Source: Sphagnum compactum (lineage: Eukaryota). Taken from it: a DNA stretch of 64,000 nt. The notes beneath the pieces are model-generated. The model was not told where the DNA came from, did no database searches, and saw only the letters and a list, made by a program, of their open reading frames with translations. Location of the stretch: positions 9,910,213-9,974,212 of the forward strand of contig OZ234493.1 in the NCBI GenBank assembly GCA_965153455.1. The letters are read 5' to 3'. Of the stretch, positions 1 through 14,349 are shown piece after piece; the stretch's first letter is position 1, and each line of letters begins with the position of its first letter. Made by a program: the position numbers and the translations under genes.

Positions 1-115
1 AAGACGATCGCTGCATTGAAGAAGAAGAAGAAGAAGATGGGAAAACAAGGGCCCAACACAAGCCCTATGTAGTGGCTCCCGCTGTCCTGCCCAACTGAGA
101 GACGAGATCCTCGTG
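1..115 (-). other. Inverted homologue of the PLATZ first (5'UTR) exon; probable 5' end of a paralogous gene running off the left edge
   Basis: Bases 1-115 (aagacgatcgctgcattgaagaagaag...caacacaagccctat...ctgcccaa...gagacgaga) align with the reverse complement of about 31160-31273. Confidence 0.7.
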
Positions 116-855
116 CAGCGCGCCCGTTGGATGGGCGTTAGATTGGCCATTTTCCCCTAGCCCATCCATCCACGGGGCCTGGGTTTTTCTATATAAAACT
201 ATACTAGTGTGCCCGGAGATGTTGAATTCTGTAGTTTATTGGCCTTGCCTACCAAGGCAGGAATATTGTGTTTAGATTCATTATAGAGTATCGTAGCTTA
301 AGGGATTTTGGCCCCTAGACAATAATAGGTCCATTTTTATTTGACAATTTTTGAAAGATGATATTTTGGCTTGTGTTGAAACTTGAGATTAGTTATAGAA
401 TAATAATAACTTGAAGGATTTTGGTTTCTTTTAGAGGCTTTTTTGAAGATTATATTTTTGCACTGTGAAATATTTGAGTTTCCATAATTCTTCTTTTGCC
501 TTAAGATACTTTTTAATGTAATTGGAAAGACCACAGTGTGACACACCCCTTGTTAATGTAGCTTGTGCCATTCGCTCTAGTGTGAACTGGTTATCCAACT
601 ATTTTTTCCTTCTGAAATCATTTTTTTAATTTACTTAAATTTCCAATGACAAAAACTATTCAAACTTCAATATCTCTCGCACCTGAGGTCTAAAACTTTC
701 AAAATCACATTCATTAAATCTTTACTCATTTAGGGTTTTCTAGCAATACCAAGAGTGCATCCAAATTCCTCTATGAATTTTAGTTTCGATTTACATGAAT
801 TTTCCATGAAAAATTTGTTCAATATTCAATCACCTCTCTACCATAGCTGAAAACA

Positions 856-965
856 TTATGAAATCAACTTGTTGTGCCCCTACTTAGGGAGGCCTTTCCA
901 ACAATACCAATTATGAAATCAACTTGGTGTGCCTTTACCTAGGGAGGCTTTTCCAACAATACCAA
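856..965. repeat. Two tandem copies of a ~54-bp unit
   Basis: attatgaaatcaacttg(t/g)tgtgcc..tac.tagggaggc.tttccaacaataccaa occurs twice. Confidence 0.85.
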
Positions 966-1922
966 GAGTGTGACAAGAGGTGTCATGGTTTGGGAGATCT
1001 CTAACAATCAAACAAACAAATTTACAAAAAAACTACCTTCCTTATAGATAGATGTCATTAAAAACATCCATTCAATTTCTTTCAATTGGAACTTTTTTAA
1101 TGGCAATTGGATAAATTGTAGTTGTGTGGAATTGTACTATGGACTTGGATAGTCCCACCCAAAGTATTTACAAGGGAAAATATTTTGACATTTGAATAAA
1201 AAAAGATAATTTAAACACATTATTACATATTTGAAGGATCTTTTGATGTTTAGGTGGAACAAGGTGATTATAGCCTAAGGTCAACTTCCACATTGAAAAA
1301 ATGAATAAATAATTTTTTTCAAAATTAATTTGTTCATATAAATTTGGAATTATTACTTTTTCATAATTTATTATGATATTGTCATATGAGGATTGAAATT
1401 ATTTATATTGTAACTTGTGATAATTATGATGGAATTCAACTTCATTTTCATATTTCAAAAAAATCATTTCATTATTTTGAACATTATACCACAAGGAATA
1501 TTAACCATACCAACCCATGTATTTGCAACTTGCATCCAAATCAACCATTTTTGCAATTACTAATATAATTATTTTTCATAACACCACATAAAAATGATTT
1601 GATGTCGCATATGCAAGTATAAAATGGTTTTAAGTTGCATATGGGTGAAAACATGATTAAAAGAGCTAGGGGCACCAAAGTAAAAGTCCTTTTCCAAGGA
1701 GTACACATGACACCTATTGTTTTTGTGTTGGTTTATAATTTTAAAATTTATTTGTTGGATACCCCTTTGACGTTGAATTTTAGATATAAATAAATTTTGA
1801 CTAAAAATTGATTTTATATCGTGTATATTATGCATTCATGCCCTTTATCACATTAACATGAACAACTTTTGTTAAAGGCACATTTTCGAAATCCATATTT
1901 TTTAAGGTCAATTTAGCATTTT

Positions 1923-4900
1923 CACTAGTAGAAATTGGCTAAAATGTAACCAATCTCTTTGCGACTACATGCGACTATCAGTTATTTGCAACTACATTTG
2001 GACATTTTTGCAACTATTTCTTGTGTTGATCATATTTGCAACTACAGTGCAACTAATTTGTAACTAGTTTGGTGTTCATCCTTCCATGTGAACAACATTT
2101 AGTTAAGTTTTCATCCAAGAAGAACAATTTATGTCCCATTAGTTGCAAATGTGACCAATTTAGTTGTAACCCTATAAGTATATAAAAGTATATTTTGTGA
2201 ATTTTAAAAAATATAGTTCGGTGTATTAGGATTTATAATGTATAATTTGAATGTATATGAACAACCATATTAGATGTGTATTCAAATATTATTATTATCA
2301 TAAATGGCCTTGATATTATGGTTACATTAAATGGTATATATTTTGAGTATATCAAAATTATACATAAGATATTTGTTAAATATATTGTGCCCATAGTATA
2401 AGTTTATCCAAACTATTTTATTATAATTCTTAAAATTATTAAAAATGACATTTATTATTATTTGTATTAATATTATATTATATATTAATATTAATTACAT
2501 GTAATAAAAACTAAATTTAAATATAATCTTTACCTAAACTTTAAAAACAGTAATATCTTGTTACATAATGATCATAATGATGATGATATTAGAATGATAA
2601 GAAAAATAAATCTATAATTATTGAAGTAATTATAAAAATTTTAATATATTATTAAATTATTTTCAAATGACTAATGTACTTATTACGAATTAATTTTTAT
2701 TTCTTAGAAAAATGAAAACTTAATTATAATAAATCATAATAGTATAACAAGTGACATATAATAATAATAATAATAGTAATAAAATAGCTAACCTAGGCTA
2801 ATGACAAATTACATTATTTTTATTATTATCATAAGTAATCAATTATGAAATATTATTAGATTAATATAATAATTATTAAAAAAACTTAATATATAGTTTT
2901 TAATTTTTTTATTTAAAATTTATAGTTGATATTTATTAATTATTAATAAGTCAATGATTATAATCATTTACTGATATATATTTCTAATTTTCAGTTCTAT
3001 TATTTTATATTTTATAATAATTACTGTATTAGTTAGAATGGAAATTTAATAAATTATTATACAAATTCAGAAATTATTTTCGAAGGAAAAATATAATTAT
3101 TAAAAATATATAATATTTATTGTAATATTTCATAAATCAATTAATGAGTGAATTAATAATAATAATAATAAAAAAATAGTTAACCTTGGCTACCAACTAG
3201 CTACAATAATAATTGAATTAATGATGTTTTTACTATTAAATATTTACATATATATTTACTATTAACTATATAAATGAAAATAATAATGGGAGTAATTATA
3301 ATAAAATAGTTAACCTAGGCTAGGTTTTAATTATATTATTAGATATAGAAAACCTAATAGTCAATATTTATAATTAATAGTTATTCATAATTAAATACTG
3401 AATATTTCAGTTATTATATTAATTTATTTGGTTACAAAACAATAATTTATTACTTAGCAATAATTAGTTAAATATTTCAATATTAGCCAATTACTAGTTA
3501 ATTAAATTGGTTGATAGATTATTATAGTTAATATAATATTATGGTTTATCTAACTAATAAATTAATTAATATTTAATAATAATATAATAAATTCAGTAAT
3601 AATAAGATATTGATTATTATTACTATAAATAATTAGTTTAGACTTGAACCTTCCTAAAGGAGGTGATGGGTTCAAATCTTCATATTTACAATCTATATTT
3701 CACTAATTAGGTTGCCTACCCACCTAACTAAGCCTATATTACGTGGGTACATAGGTTAAATAGTGGCACAAGTCAACCATTAATTGGATGAAAAATAATG
3801 AAATAAACCTATTTATCATTATTTGATGATGATTATAATTATATAATATGATTACATGTACATAATGATATTAAGATAAGAATTATTAATATGATAATAA
3901 ATAAATAAATATTTTATTAAAATATTATATATATAATGTTGTAGTGGTAAAAAATATTGGCCATTATGATTATAGTAGTCAAAGATTCAATGGTTATGGC
4001 ATTTGCAACTACGACCAAAACTACAACTAGTGGTTTTTGTGACAAGTCCAAATGCATTATAGTCATGGTTGTCATAAATGTCATTTATGACTACAAATGT
4101 AGTCATATTTTCCACATTTTGGCATAGTGAATGGTTTGAATTAATTTTTTAAGTTATCTAAAGTGAAACACCATTTCATTTAATAGTTATTTATAGATAA
4201 GGTTCTTGCACATTACATTTTGTGTATTTTATTTATTTGTTAATTTTATGTTGTAACCAAAATAAAACAACCTAAGCTAGAATAATTTAGAATAAATAAA
4301 AATATCCTAAAGTGGAATAACCTAAAATAACCAAGAATAGCCTAGGTTGGAATTATATACAATAACCTAAAATAGCCTAAGGTGGACTAAGGTAAAATAA
4401 TTGAAAATAGCCTTAAGTAGAATAGCCTAAAATAAACTAGGGTGGAATAGTGTAAAATAGCCAAGAATAACCTAAGGTGGAATAATGTCTAATATCAATA
4501 ATAGCCCAACCCATAGACATGTAATTAATTAATTAGATAGACTAGGTAATAGGTAGTATGTAGGTGGGTTAAGTAATAGGTAATAAGTAGTAGATAGGTA
4601 GGTGAAATAATAAGTATTTTATTGTGTGAAAATGTCATAGTGTTACACAATGAGTGTTGCAATGTTTCCATTTTACTACAATTTATCCCATATCCTTTGT
4701 TTACAAGTTGAATTTGTAAACTATATAATTAGGTGGAAAAAAAATTTATTCATGGTATGCAATATAGACATTCAAAGTGCATGTGCCATTTGGGATGAAC
4801 CAATAAAAAAGACTTGTGACCATAAACAAAAAAATCTAGGATTTTACCTACCAACTTAAGTTTATAACCTACGTCCATTTACCTATCCTAAACCTACCTA

Positions 4901-5249
4901 CTTACCTACCTCCAGATTATTCTAGGTTGCCTATTCTAGCCTAACCTAACCTGTGATTGTCAAATTGATTATTGTCACATGGATACATCCTTATTGCAAC
5001 ACTTCTTAATAATAAACCCGATCACAAATGGCCATGCCACATAGGTTGGATGTTAGTTGGATGAAAACTTAATATTAGTTGCACCTTGATGTGACTATCA
5101 TTTCCACTAGGTGCCATGTAATGTCTTTTGCAACTAAGATTTTATACAACTTGTCCAAGCTGACTAAACATTGTAGCAATCGCATGTGACATTTGCAATT
5201 AAAAAATTAGTCATAAAATTAATTGTTAATATGAAAATTCCTTATAATG
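1923..5249. mobile_element. Non-autonomous CACTA (En/Spm)-like element
   Basis: Starts CACTAGTAGAAATT and ends AATTCCTTATAATG (degenerate ...TAGTG), flanked by TTT on both sides. It has many subterminal GCAACT/GACTAC motifs and a very AT-rich core. The right end is homologous to 25860-26035. A second CACTA-type end (GGCATAGTG) lies at 4129. Confidence 0.65.
4260..4510. repeat. Degenerate minisatellite (aataacctaa / aatagcctaaggtgg units)
   Basis: Repeated ~10-nt and ~35-nt motifs are visible directly. Confidence 0.7.
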
Positions 5250-7706
5250 TTTATTTGCTGATGAAGCAAACCTTAGAATATAGTATGCAAGTTAGTGGGG
5301 ATGGTGAATCCTAAAATGCCATACTTTCATATTATTTAGTCTTTCCCAAGTGTTTGACAAAGAAAACTTTTGCCAAGGTCACAATTTGCTTGAGTGCTTC
5401 AAAAATACCATCCAACTTTGCAATTTTTGGGCAATAAATATATACACTATAATTTCACAAATGCATCAGGGTATCTTATGATCACTTTAATAGTTGGTTC
5501 AATTGTTGGGTAAAAACATAGTCAAAGGAACCATTGAAGTGAATGGACACTCCTTAAAATTGCATTTTTGTATGTTTGAAAGATCACAAATGAAGCATAA
5601 TAATTTGGATTGTTATAATGTTTTTTGGAATATTTTTCATTAGTTGCAAAGTTTACATGCTCAAAGTTTGATATAAATCAAAAATGTTTTTGCATGTTCA
5701 AAGCACTCAAACTTTGAGAGCGGACCATCCTTGTTTTTTTCAAATGTCTTTTTTTCTACCAAATGTGCGCCATTCCTTTTGAAAATTGGAGAAGATTTTA
5801 ATATTGATGATTAGAAGGGCAAAGGGACTTGAACTGATGAATGTTTTTTTTTATAACCCATTTGAGCACATTTGGTTCAAAAGTGCTTTTGACCTTGAAA
5901 ATTATGGATTTTGAAAATGTGCCTTTAACAAGAGTTATTCATATTTATGTGACAAAGGGCATGAATGCAAAAGATACATGATATAAAATCAATTTGTAGT
6001 CAAAATGTATTTATATAAAAAATGTAGTGTTAAATAGGGTACCCAAAATACAAAATTTAAAGTTATAAACTAACACAAAAACGACATGTGTCCCCATGTG
6101 TCATGTGCAGTCATTGGAAAAGGACTTTTACCTTGTTGCCCCTAGTTCCTTTGATCGTGTTTTCACCCTTTTATCATTACTTTCTTTCCACAACTCAATG
6201 TTGGGTCATACATAAGTTAGAACAACAACAATAATAGAATTGATTGATCCATTCCTAGTTAGCTTGCATTTTGTTGCCATTCATTCCATCCCACTTTCAT
6301 GCAAAAGTCAAATTTGGAAGAACTCAGAACCTTAAAAATGGTTGTCATAGCGATATATGACAAGTCTATAAAAACCTTTATCTTGGTTGTGGCAGATGGG
6401 TTAGAAGTTGGTGATACACAAGCTTTTTTTTTTTTACCTTAAGTTTTATGCATAGTATGTATAATTAGTAATCATGTATAACAGTAAAGTTGTTACAACT
6501 TACAATTTGGTTAAAAAAATTAGAAATGTAGTTTTTGGGGAACAATAGCTTATGATGAATTTTTCAAATGTGTTTGTAATCCCTATACCTAATGATGCAA
6601 TTGTTGATAGGCTCAACAAAATGCATATAAAAAAGATTGAAGGGAAAAACTTTGCCATAATCTTTGAAATATTGTGTAAACTTTTTGGTTTCTTTCTTAA
6701 TTTGCTTATAGAATTGGTACTTAAGGTTCACATATTTTAGGTGCAGGTTGTTGGGAAGTTGGTGATTACTATTACAATATTTTGGTCCAAAAACGTATGC
6801 ATAAAATGCCATATGATTTCTTTAACCAATTGAGATCATGTTTTCTTTGCTATGGTTACAAGTGCATGGTCCATCTTAAAACCCAAGGTCAGATTTCATC
6901 TAAGATAAATTAACACAATTATGATGAATATGATTGCATGTTGTGTGATCCTCGAATCAAATTTTTTTTATACACAAGCTTGTGAGTTTAAAAGATTTTA
7001 GAACAAAAAAAAGGTTTTTTCTTCATCTTTCCAAGGACAAGCCTAGGGGATGTTATTTTAGATTAAGTTGTATTAGAGAGGTCGTGGGAAAGAGATCAAA
7101 AGATGAAAAATCTAGAGGAATAGACATTGTTGATATGTCCAATACTATTTTTGTTTGAGGTTTTGAAAACATCACTATACATATTTACACGATAGACATA
7201 GTTTTAAATCTTGGCTTTTTTGGTGTATGTTTTTAGGATGGATCTTCAACATATTTTTTTTCCAATTTTGGATTATGATATGTACGTATTACTTGTGCAT
7301 ATTACTCTTATACGTTCCATGTAAATGAAAACAATTTGGTGTCATTGGTTCTTGGTATATAATGGATATTGGCTTTTGGTACTAATTTGTGAATTATAAA
7401 AGATAAACAAAAAACCAAAACAAAAATCAATAGTGAATTCAAGTAATTGTATCAAAATAAATCAACTATAGTATAAAATTAATTAAATATGTTGGAAATA
7501 AAATATAAATAATTCTCTTACTTCAAAACTTCTAGTGATTTAATAAAATTATGTATATTAAACTACATTCAAATTGTATAATTTGATCTAGAATTAAATC
7601 CAAAACAAACTTGTCTTATAATAATAAATGGATATTAATACAATTGGCTTGCAAAGAATCACCAACTTCAATTATGGTCTTGGTGATTACCTTTTTTAAG
7701 CAATAA

Positions 7707-8492
7707 AGGTGCAAACGAGATATAATGAGCCAATGGGATTATTGGCAAAAAAGACTACATGTTTTTTTTGCGAAAATGTTTTTTTTCATATGGATGAATT
7801 TTGGAACAATGTTTTTTGCAACTTGTTATAATAAATGCTTATAGTTGTCCAAGTACATGGCATGTTTTTTTCTTCATCATTTTTGAATAAATATGATTTT
7901 TTGAAAATGTCATGATTCCTTGTAAATTCAGAGTTTCGTCTTTAAAAATGATAATAATTTCAAATCATAACCAATTTTTTTTTTTACATTTTTATGTTTT
8001 CTTGCATGATAAACTACAACTTCTCTTAACACATCATGTACATTTTACCCCATTTATGTGTGGCAAAAGACTTTTGAATTTCTAAAATTATGGATCAATT
8101 TTGGAAAGTTCTTTGAATTTTTAAAACTTTACAATTCCACATATCTTAGGGTATGAGTGTGTTTTTAATGTGGTTAATAGGTCTTTATCCTCTTTATTTT
8201 TTTCCCATCAAATGTGATTTATTATATGAGTCCTTTTGATAATCCTTTACACAATTGACCCTTATCCAATGCGTTCTTGTTCACTTTTAGAGGTCCTAAA
8301 TCAAAACTTAAAACTTAAATTTTTCATCATATGGATTTTTGGTTTGAATTTAACATTCATATGAATGAAAATACAATAATTTGCCATGATTGCCATGGTT
8401 TTAAATGGAAAAACATAAATATTTATCAAATTTTGATTGTTTTTCTTTGTGGTTCAATGCCATTTTTGGCTTGTTGGATTGTGATTGCACCC
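7707..8492. mobile_element. ~790-bp MITE, copy A (termini GGGTGCAA...TTGCACCC)
   Basis: Has its own short TIR and aligns over its whole length with the reverse complement of 10905-11691. Confidence 0.85.
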
Positions 8493-8559
8493 ATGTCAAG
8501 TGTAAATGAAAGTCTAGTGATGGCCATGGTAGACAATGGAAAAGAAAACCATTGTAGTG

Positions 8560-10904
8560 AAAAACATTTGATGTCTCCAAATAAAACATTAATTCTTTTA
8601 AGCAATTTATGAAAACTATTCATCTTATGTTCATAATATCACACATATGTAATAAGATAATTTCCAATAAGATCTTTGTTGTTTAATTAATTATCATCAT
8701 TTGGTGCTATGTTTTCATCGAAATTTTGAATATGTAAATTTTTTAGTGTCATCACAAATACAACCCAATTATTAACACCCATAGTGAATATTACAAAAAA
8801 CATTGGAGGTCTAAATTGTCTAATCATTGCAAATTTTCATTTTTTAAAAAACAGTCTAAATAATTTGGGGATGTTTTTATACAACTTGATTTTCAATAAC
8901 CTAAATATGTTTTAATATTTTGTTTAAATTTACATTGGTTGACACATCACTAGCTATTAAAGTATAATTCAATAATTTTCTATTGAAATACAAATCCATG
9001 TAAAAGATCATATGAAATGATTCAATTTTTTTTTTTGAAAAATATGTTTGTTATGTGGACCACAGTATGTAAATTTTCTATTCACACTTTTTAATTTAGC
9101 TTGGACTATTTTTTGGTATGAAAAATTAAAAAATGGTCTTTATGTCCAAAGAATAATGTTGGAAAATTATATTCATCAAATGTTTGTCATGGAACAATGC
9201 AAGAGGTTGAAAACCTTCTCCAAGGGCAATCGTAATGATTACAATTATTTTCAACAATTTGTTTAGGTTTTAATATGTCTTTTATCAATGTGTCATCATA
9301 ATTTTCTTTTGTGACTTCTTCAAATGTGTTTAAAATTATTAAAATTGGAATCATTTTCAAAATTTTCATTTCCTTGACTTATATTCACAAGTTCCACTAA
9401 ACCAAGTTGCCAATTTGGTTTTATTGAAACATCTACATTCATATATAAGGGAGTTCTATAAATTTGTCATAATATTTTCATAATTATTTTTGGGTGAAAA
9501 AAATAAAAAAAAATAAAAAATATATATATATATATATATATTCTAATTTCCTTTTCAAAAAAAATGAAATTGAATAATCATCATATGGCATTTGTGGTAA
9601 CACATTTTGTATTAAGTTTAATTTTTTGGTACATTATGATGTTACCATGCATTCCATATTGTCCATATCTTCATAATTGGAATATTTGCACGAATGCAAA
9701 ACAAGGTGCAATTAAACATTCTTTTATTTTGTTTAATTGTAAAACAATTAAATTCCATGTTTGGTTTATTATTTACAATATGTTTTTGTAAAATTAAGTC
9801 TAGAAGCTTTTCAAGATCAATTTTCTTTCAACAAGATTCACACATTAATACACGATCATTAGATTTATGTTTTTAACTGGCACTATAGAGACGTTCAATG
9901 TATGATTGGGATGCATAACAAACTTGATGTTTAAAACATAATTTTTGACAACAATAACATACATGTTCCACTATGTTTTCAATATCAAACTTATATTGAA
10001 AAATGTGTTTGTCATGAATTGGTATTTGTCTTAATATTCATTTGCTTTGAATTCTTGTCTTTTTCTAAATTTGGGTTTGGAAATGTTATGTTTTATCATT
10101 CAAAACTTCATTATTTAGAATATTATGGTTTGTAAAATTTTATCAATATTGATTGGTACATACAATAGAACATTTGAAAAGTTTTGGTTATTTGTTTGAA
10201 TGATTGTTTCCTTGTTTTCATTCTCTTTCAATATGTCATTTTGAGAATTTTGCAATATGTCCACAATAATTATTTCATTTTCTTTTGATTTCAAAAATGT
10301 TGATTTTATTGGTGTTTTTGTTTGGGTGGGCTTCAAGATGCTTTAAATGTTGTTTGATTTGTGATGTGGATGAATTTTAATGCACTTTCTTATGGATTCC
10401 ACTTGGGATTTTATTTTTTCATTTTTAATAATGTATCATTTAATTTTCCAAGTGAACCTTTTTCATTTTTTATAAGTTTCATTTTAAAAATAATTATTGT
10501 CTGTTTATGTTTAATATCTCCAACTATTTCATTATATGCATTATGTTTAGAAATGGTTGGAACGTCAATAACATTAAATTACATTTGTGTGTGGGTTCAA
10601 AATCGTAATGCCATATTGATCGTTTACTTTTGCCATTATTCGCTTGTTATTCCAAACATGAATTGGGCGTTCCAAATTTCTTCATATCTAATACAGTGGT
10701 GAAATCACCCCACAATCCACCATTAAATATAGATATTGACATTTTTTGTATATAGGTTTGTTCGTTAATTATTTCATTTCTTAGTTCACATGTATGACAT
10801 TTTAATGTTTTTGGTGTTTAGAACATTAAACATTGTTGTAAATGAACTATACTATTTTTGTGGAGCTCTTCTGAATTTATTGAATATTTTAACAAATATG
10901 TTAT
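8560..10904 (-). pseudogene. Helitron Rep-helicase 5' relic (OTU-like protease, DUF6570-like region, Rep N-terminus), heavily degraded and lying in an inverted segment
   Basis: Minus-strand translation gives YIQKMSISIFNGGLWGDFT..LERPIHVW (OTU-like); VCYCCQKLCFKHQV; LNKIKECLIAPCFAFVQIFQL*RYGQYGMHGNII (DUF6570-like); IALGEGFQPLALFHDK; FAMIRQFRPPMFFVIFT..NNW (Helitron Rep motif); YYEHKMNSFHKLL..FGDI. Confidence 0.75.
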
Positions 10905-11691
10905 GGGTGCAATCACAATCACGAGCCAAAAAGGGGGTCGAACTGCAAAGAAAAACAATCAAAATTTGAATAAATATTTATGTTTTGCCATTTAAAGCCA
11001 TGGCAATCATGGCAAGTTTTTCTTTTTTCATTCATATGAATGTTAAGGAATTCAAACCAAAAATCCATTTAATGAAATTTTAAGTTTTAAGTTTTGATTT
11101 AGGATCTCTAAAAATGAACAGGAATGCATCGGACAGGGGTCAATTTTGCAAAGGACTATCAAACGGATTCATATAATAAATCACACTTGATGGGCAAAAA
11201 CTTGAAAGGATAAATCCATATTAATCACATTAAAAAAACACTCATACCCTAAGATATGTGGAATTGTAAAATTTTAAAAATTCAAAGAACTTTCCAAAAT
11301 TGATCTAGAATTTTAGAACTTCAAAAGTCTTTAACCACACATAATTGGGGTAAAATGTACATGATATGTTAAGAAAAGTTGTAGTTTATCATACAAGAAA
11401 ACATAAGAATGTAAAAAAATTAAAATTGGTTATGATTTGAAATTATTATCATTTTTAAAATCGAAACTCTGAATTTACAAAGAATCAGGACACTTTCAAA
11501 ATTCATATTTATTCAAAAATGATGAAGAAAAAAACATGTCATGTACTTGGAAAACTATAAGCATTTAATATAACAAGTTGCAAAAAAATTGTTCCAAAAT
11601 TCATTCATATGAAAAAGTTTTTTTTGGCAAAAAGGACATGTAGTCTTTTTTTCCAATAATCTCGATGACTCATTCTATCCCGTTTGCACCC
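10905..11691. mobile_element. ~790-bp MITE, copy B, inverted relative to copy A
   Basis: GGGTGCAA at 10905 and TTGCACCC ending at 11691; inverted homology to 7707-8492. Confidence 0.85.
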
Positions 11692-14349
11692 ACATGATCA
11701 CATGAGGATGAAAAAGAAATTAATTATGGTGAATAACCATAATTATTTGAATATCTATCTGCATAGTTTTTGAGAGAGCTCAAAATAACTCTTGTTGTTA
11801 GGATTACTAATAAACTATTGGATGGAAAGTCACAACAATTTTGGGAAAATTTAGAGTCTAAAGATTTGGGTTGGGTCCAACCACACTATAAGGAACCACA
11901 CGTGCCCCCATAGACCACTGCTTTTTTGTTGTTTTTTCTAACAATATTTTTAGAATCTTTTGATACGTCTTTCAAAAAAACATTAAATTTTTGAAAATTT
12001 TCTTGATACTATTATGTTAAGATGTATATTAAAAATATCCCAAACTATGTCAAAAAACAAAATTTTAAACTGTGCTTTTAGTGTTAAAACTACTTTTAAG
12101 TAATGGTTATAAGCATTTAAAAGTGTAATTTATGTATTTTTTACTCATTAGATTGATTCCAAATTTTTATGATATGTACATAATGTATTCACAATAACAT
12201 TTTATAGAAAATTACTCTATTTGTAATTTTTCCTTTTTCTTATAGTCCAAAATTCAAAAAATTAAGCAATGGTTACAATTACAAATGGTACATGTTAGTA
12301 TGACTACACCCATATCTAAAAGTCCTTTATTTTGTGAGGTTAACAACCATTTGATAAAGTATTCAAAAAATGAGGGCTTATTACTATGAGGTCATCAACT
12401 TTGTTGGCAACGTCATTGAGGTTGGTGGCTAGTAGTCTGATTTTCCCACCACATGTCTTTTCAAATGTACCCTCATCACTTCCACACCATCAGAGTATTT
12501 CTTAACAAGCATCCTTATTTGGAGTTCAACACACAATGCCAACTATTTGTACCTATAACCAAACCCTTGATGTGAACTAAAAGAATGCAAAATTAATACA
12601 TTACCATGGTTAAGATGAAGGAAAATATTCCAAAAAACATAATTGTGCATTGTACATTTTTGCATCCACTATAGTGTAAAAACAATCCACTTCTTCTCAT
12701 AGCAATGAATTAAAGTCATTGACCAATTGATTGCTTGGCCAATTCCCACTTACCTACATGGTTACGGTGATTTGGATCCAAAGGAGGAAACAATCTACCA
12801 ACATAATAAGTTATCCTCTAGATGCATAAAACATGATATTAAATCCTAAAACCATTACTAGTGGGTTGTAAGAACTTTTCAAAATTTTAATTCCTTGCCT
12901 CCCAAAAGCAAGTTCATTAACCCACATTTGAAGGTTCACATGAACATTTTTTAGCTCAAAAGTACTTGACATCAATTTTGAAAAATGCTAAGACGTTGCC
13001 TCTCTTTTATCAAAGAGCTTACATCAAGTTGGAAACTTAGGAAAAACAATAGCCTCATTATAAATGCTTGAAGCTTTATGTGCCCACTTCTTATACTAAC
13101 TACTAACCCACTTTTTGTATTGTAAATTCAATGACCGAAAAATCCACTTCACCCAATGTGAAACCAAGTTTTATAGGGGAAACCTCCCAAAAAAATTGAT
13201 GCAAGAGTCACTATCCCCTACAAGGGTTGGGCCTAACAAAACTAGACAACATAAGTTCAAAAGGACAAAAAGTTTTGCCAATTTGAAAATGAGGCAATAT
13301 AGCCCAACACATTGAGGAATAATATATTAATATGTCTCACCACCTAAGTTGATACAACCTCTAATTTCTTATATTATCTTAAGGTCTAGTGTTTACAAGA
13401 TGTAAATTTCCATGTGTAATAAATTTTCACCAACATGAATGTTGGGATCCAATTGTGCATGAACCACAATTTAACATTTTACTATATATTGATATATTTA
13501 TTTGGTTTTCAAAACTAAATGGCAATTACACTCACAAAACCTTTCATCAAGCTCTACTAGTTTGGGTGCACATATCAAGGAGCAATGAGAACTAAAATAA
13601 TGGTTCATTGTTCCATAAAAAAAATGAAAAGGTGTATGTCTTCCTAAGGGCAATACAAGTTACCTACTAGATGAAATTTGTTAGAATGATGTCTCTTGTT
13701 AGCAAGGAAAAGAAAAACAAAATTTTGAATATGTAAAGTCCATTTTGTTATAAAGGACAAATGAATGAAACCCATTTTAGGGTTAATAAAAGTTGTTGCA
13801 AATATATAGGCTCTTGCATTATTCAACAATAGTTATTCTTTTTTTTCATCAAGACCTTCAATTATTGTCTTTCAATAAGTTTGACAAATATTCAATGCTT
13901 GAAAAACTTGAATGAAATTAACACCAATAATGAATTACAACTACAATGGCACAAGAGCATGTAATTGGAAGACCATAAAAGGTTTAAAATGTTTGGATGA
14001 CACATATATTTGGGTGGAATTGTTGGGATTAAATTGCCCTACCAAATTACATTTATTTAATGTAATTACACATTGCAATTACCAAGTTTTCTAAGACTAG
14101 GTTGATCAAACTTTGAATTTCATTTGTAGGGCCAATTTCATAATTCTTCAAAGGTTTGATAGTATTTCAAACCAAAATGGCATTAATTTTGATGAAAGCA
14201 CACTCTTGATCAATAGCAATATCCAACAATAGAGCATCCTCCATTTTCTTTTCATAATTGATTTTTCCATACCTTTATTGGACATGATTCATGGGCTTCA
14301 TCAATCATGAATGATAATATTTTACATAATAAGAAAAATGATGTATGTG

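Larger units (their letters stand above)
1643..6168. mobile_element. Non-autonomous DNA transposon with ~270-bp terminal inverted repeats (GGGTGAAAAC...GTTTTCACCC), interrupted by a CACTA element
   Basis: 1643-1911 aligns with the reverse complement of about 5890-6168; no clear TSD. Confidence 0.75.

Noticed and set aside
7707-11691. A single foldback/MULE element with 790-bp TIRs carrying captured Helitron sequence
   Set aside because: Each arm has its own TIRs, the outer flanks do not match, and the swapped 4-bp TSDs indicate two independent insertions plus an inversion.
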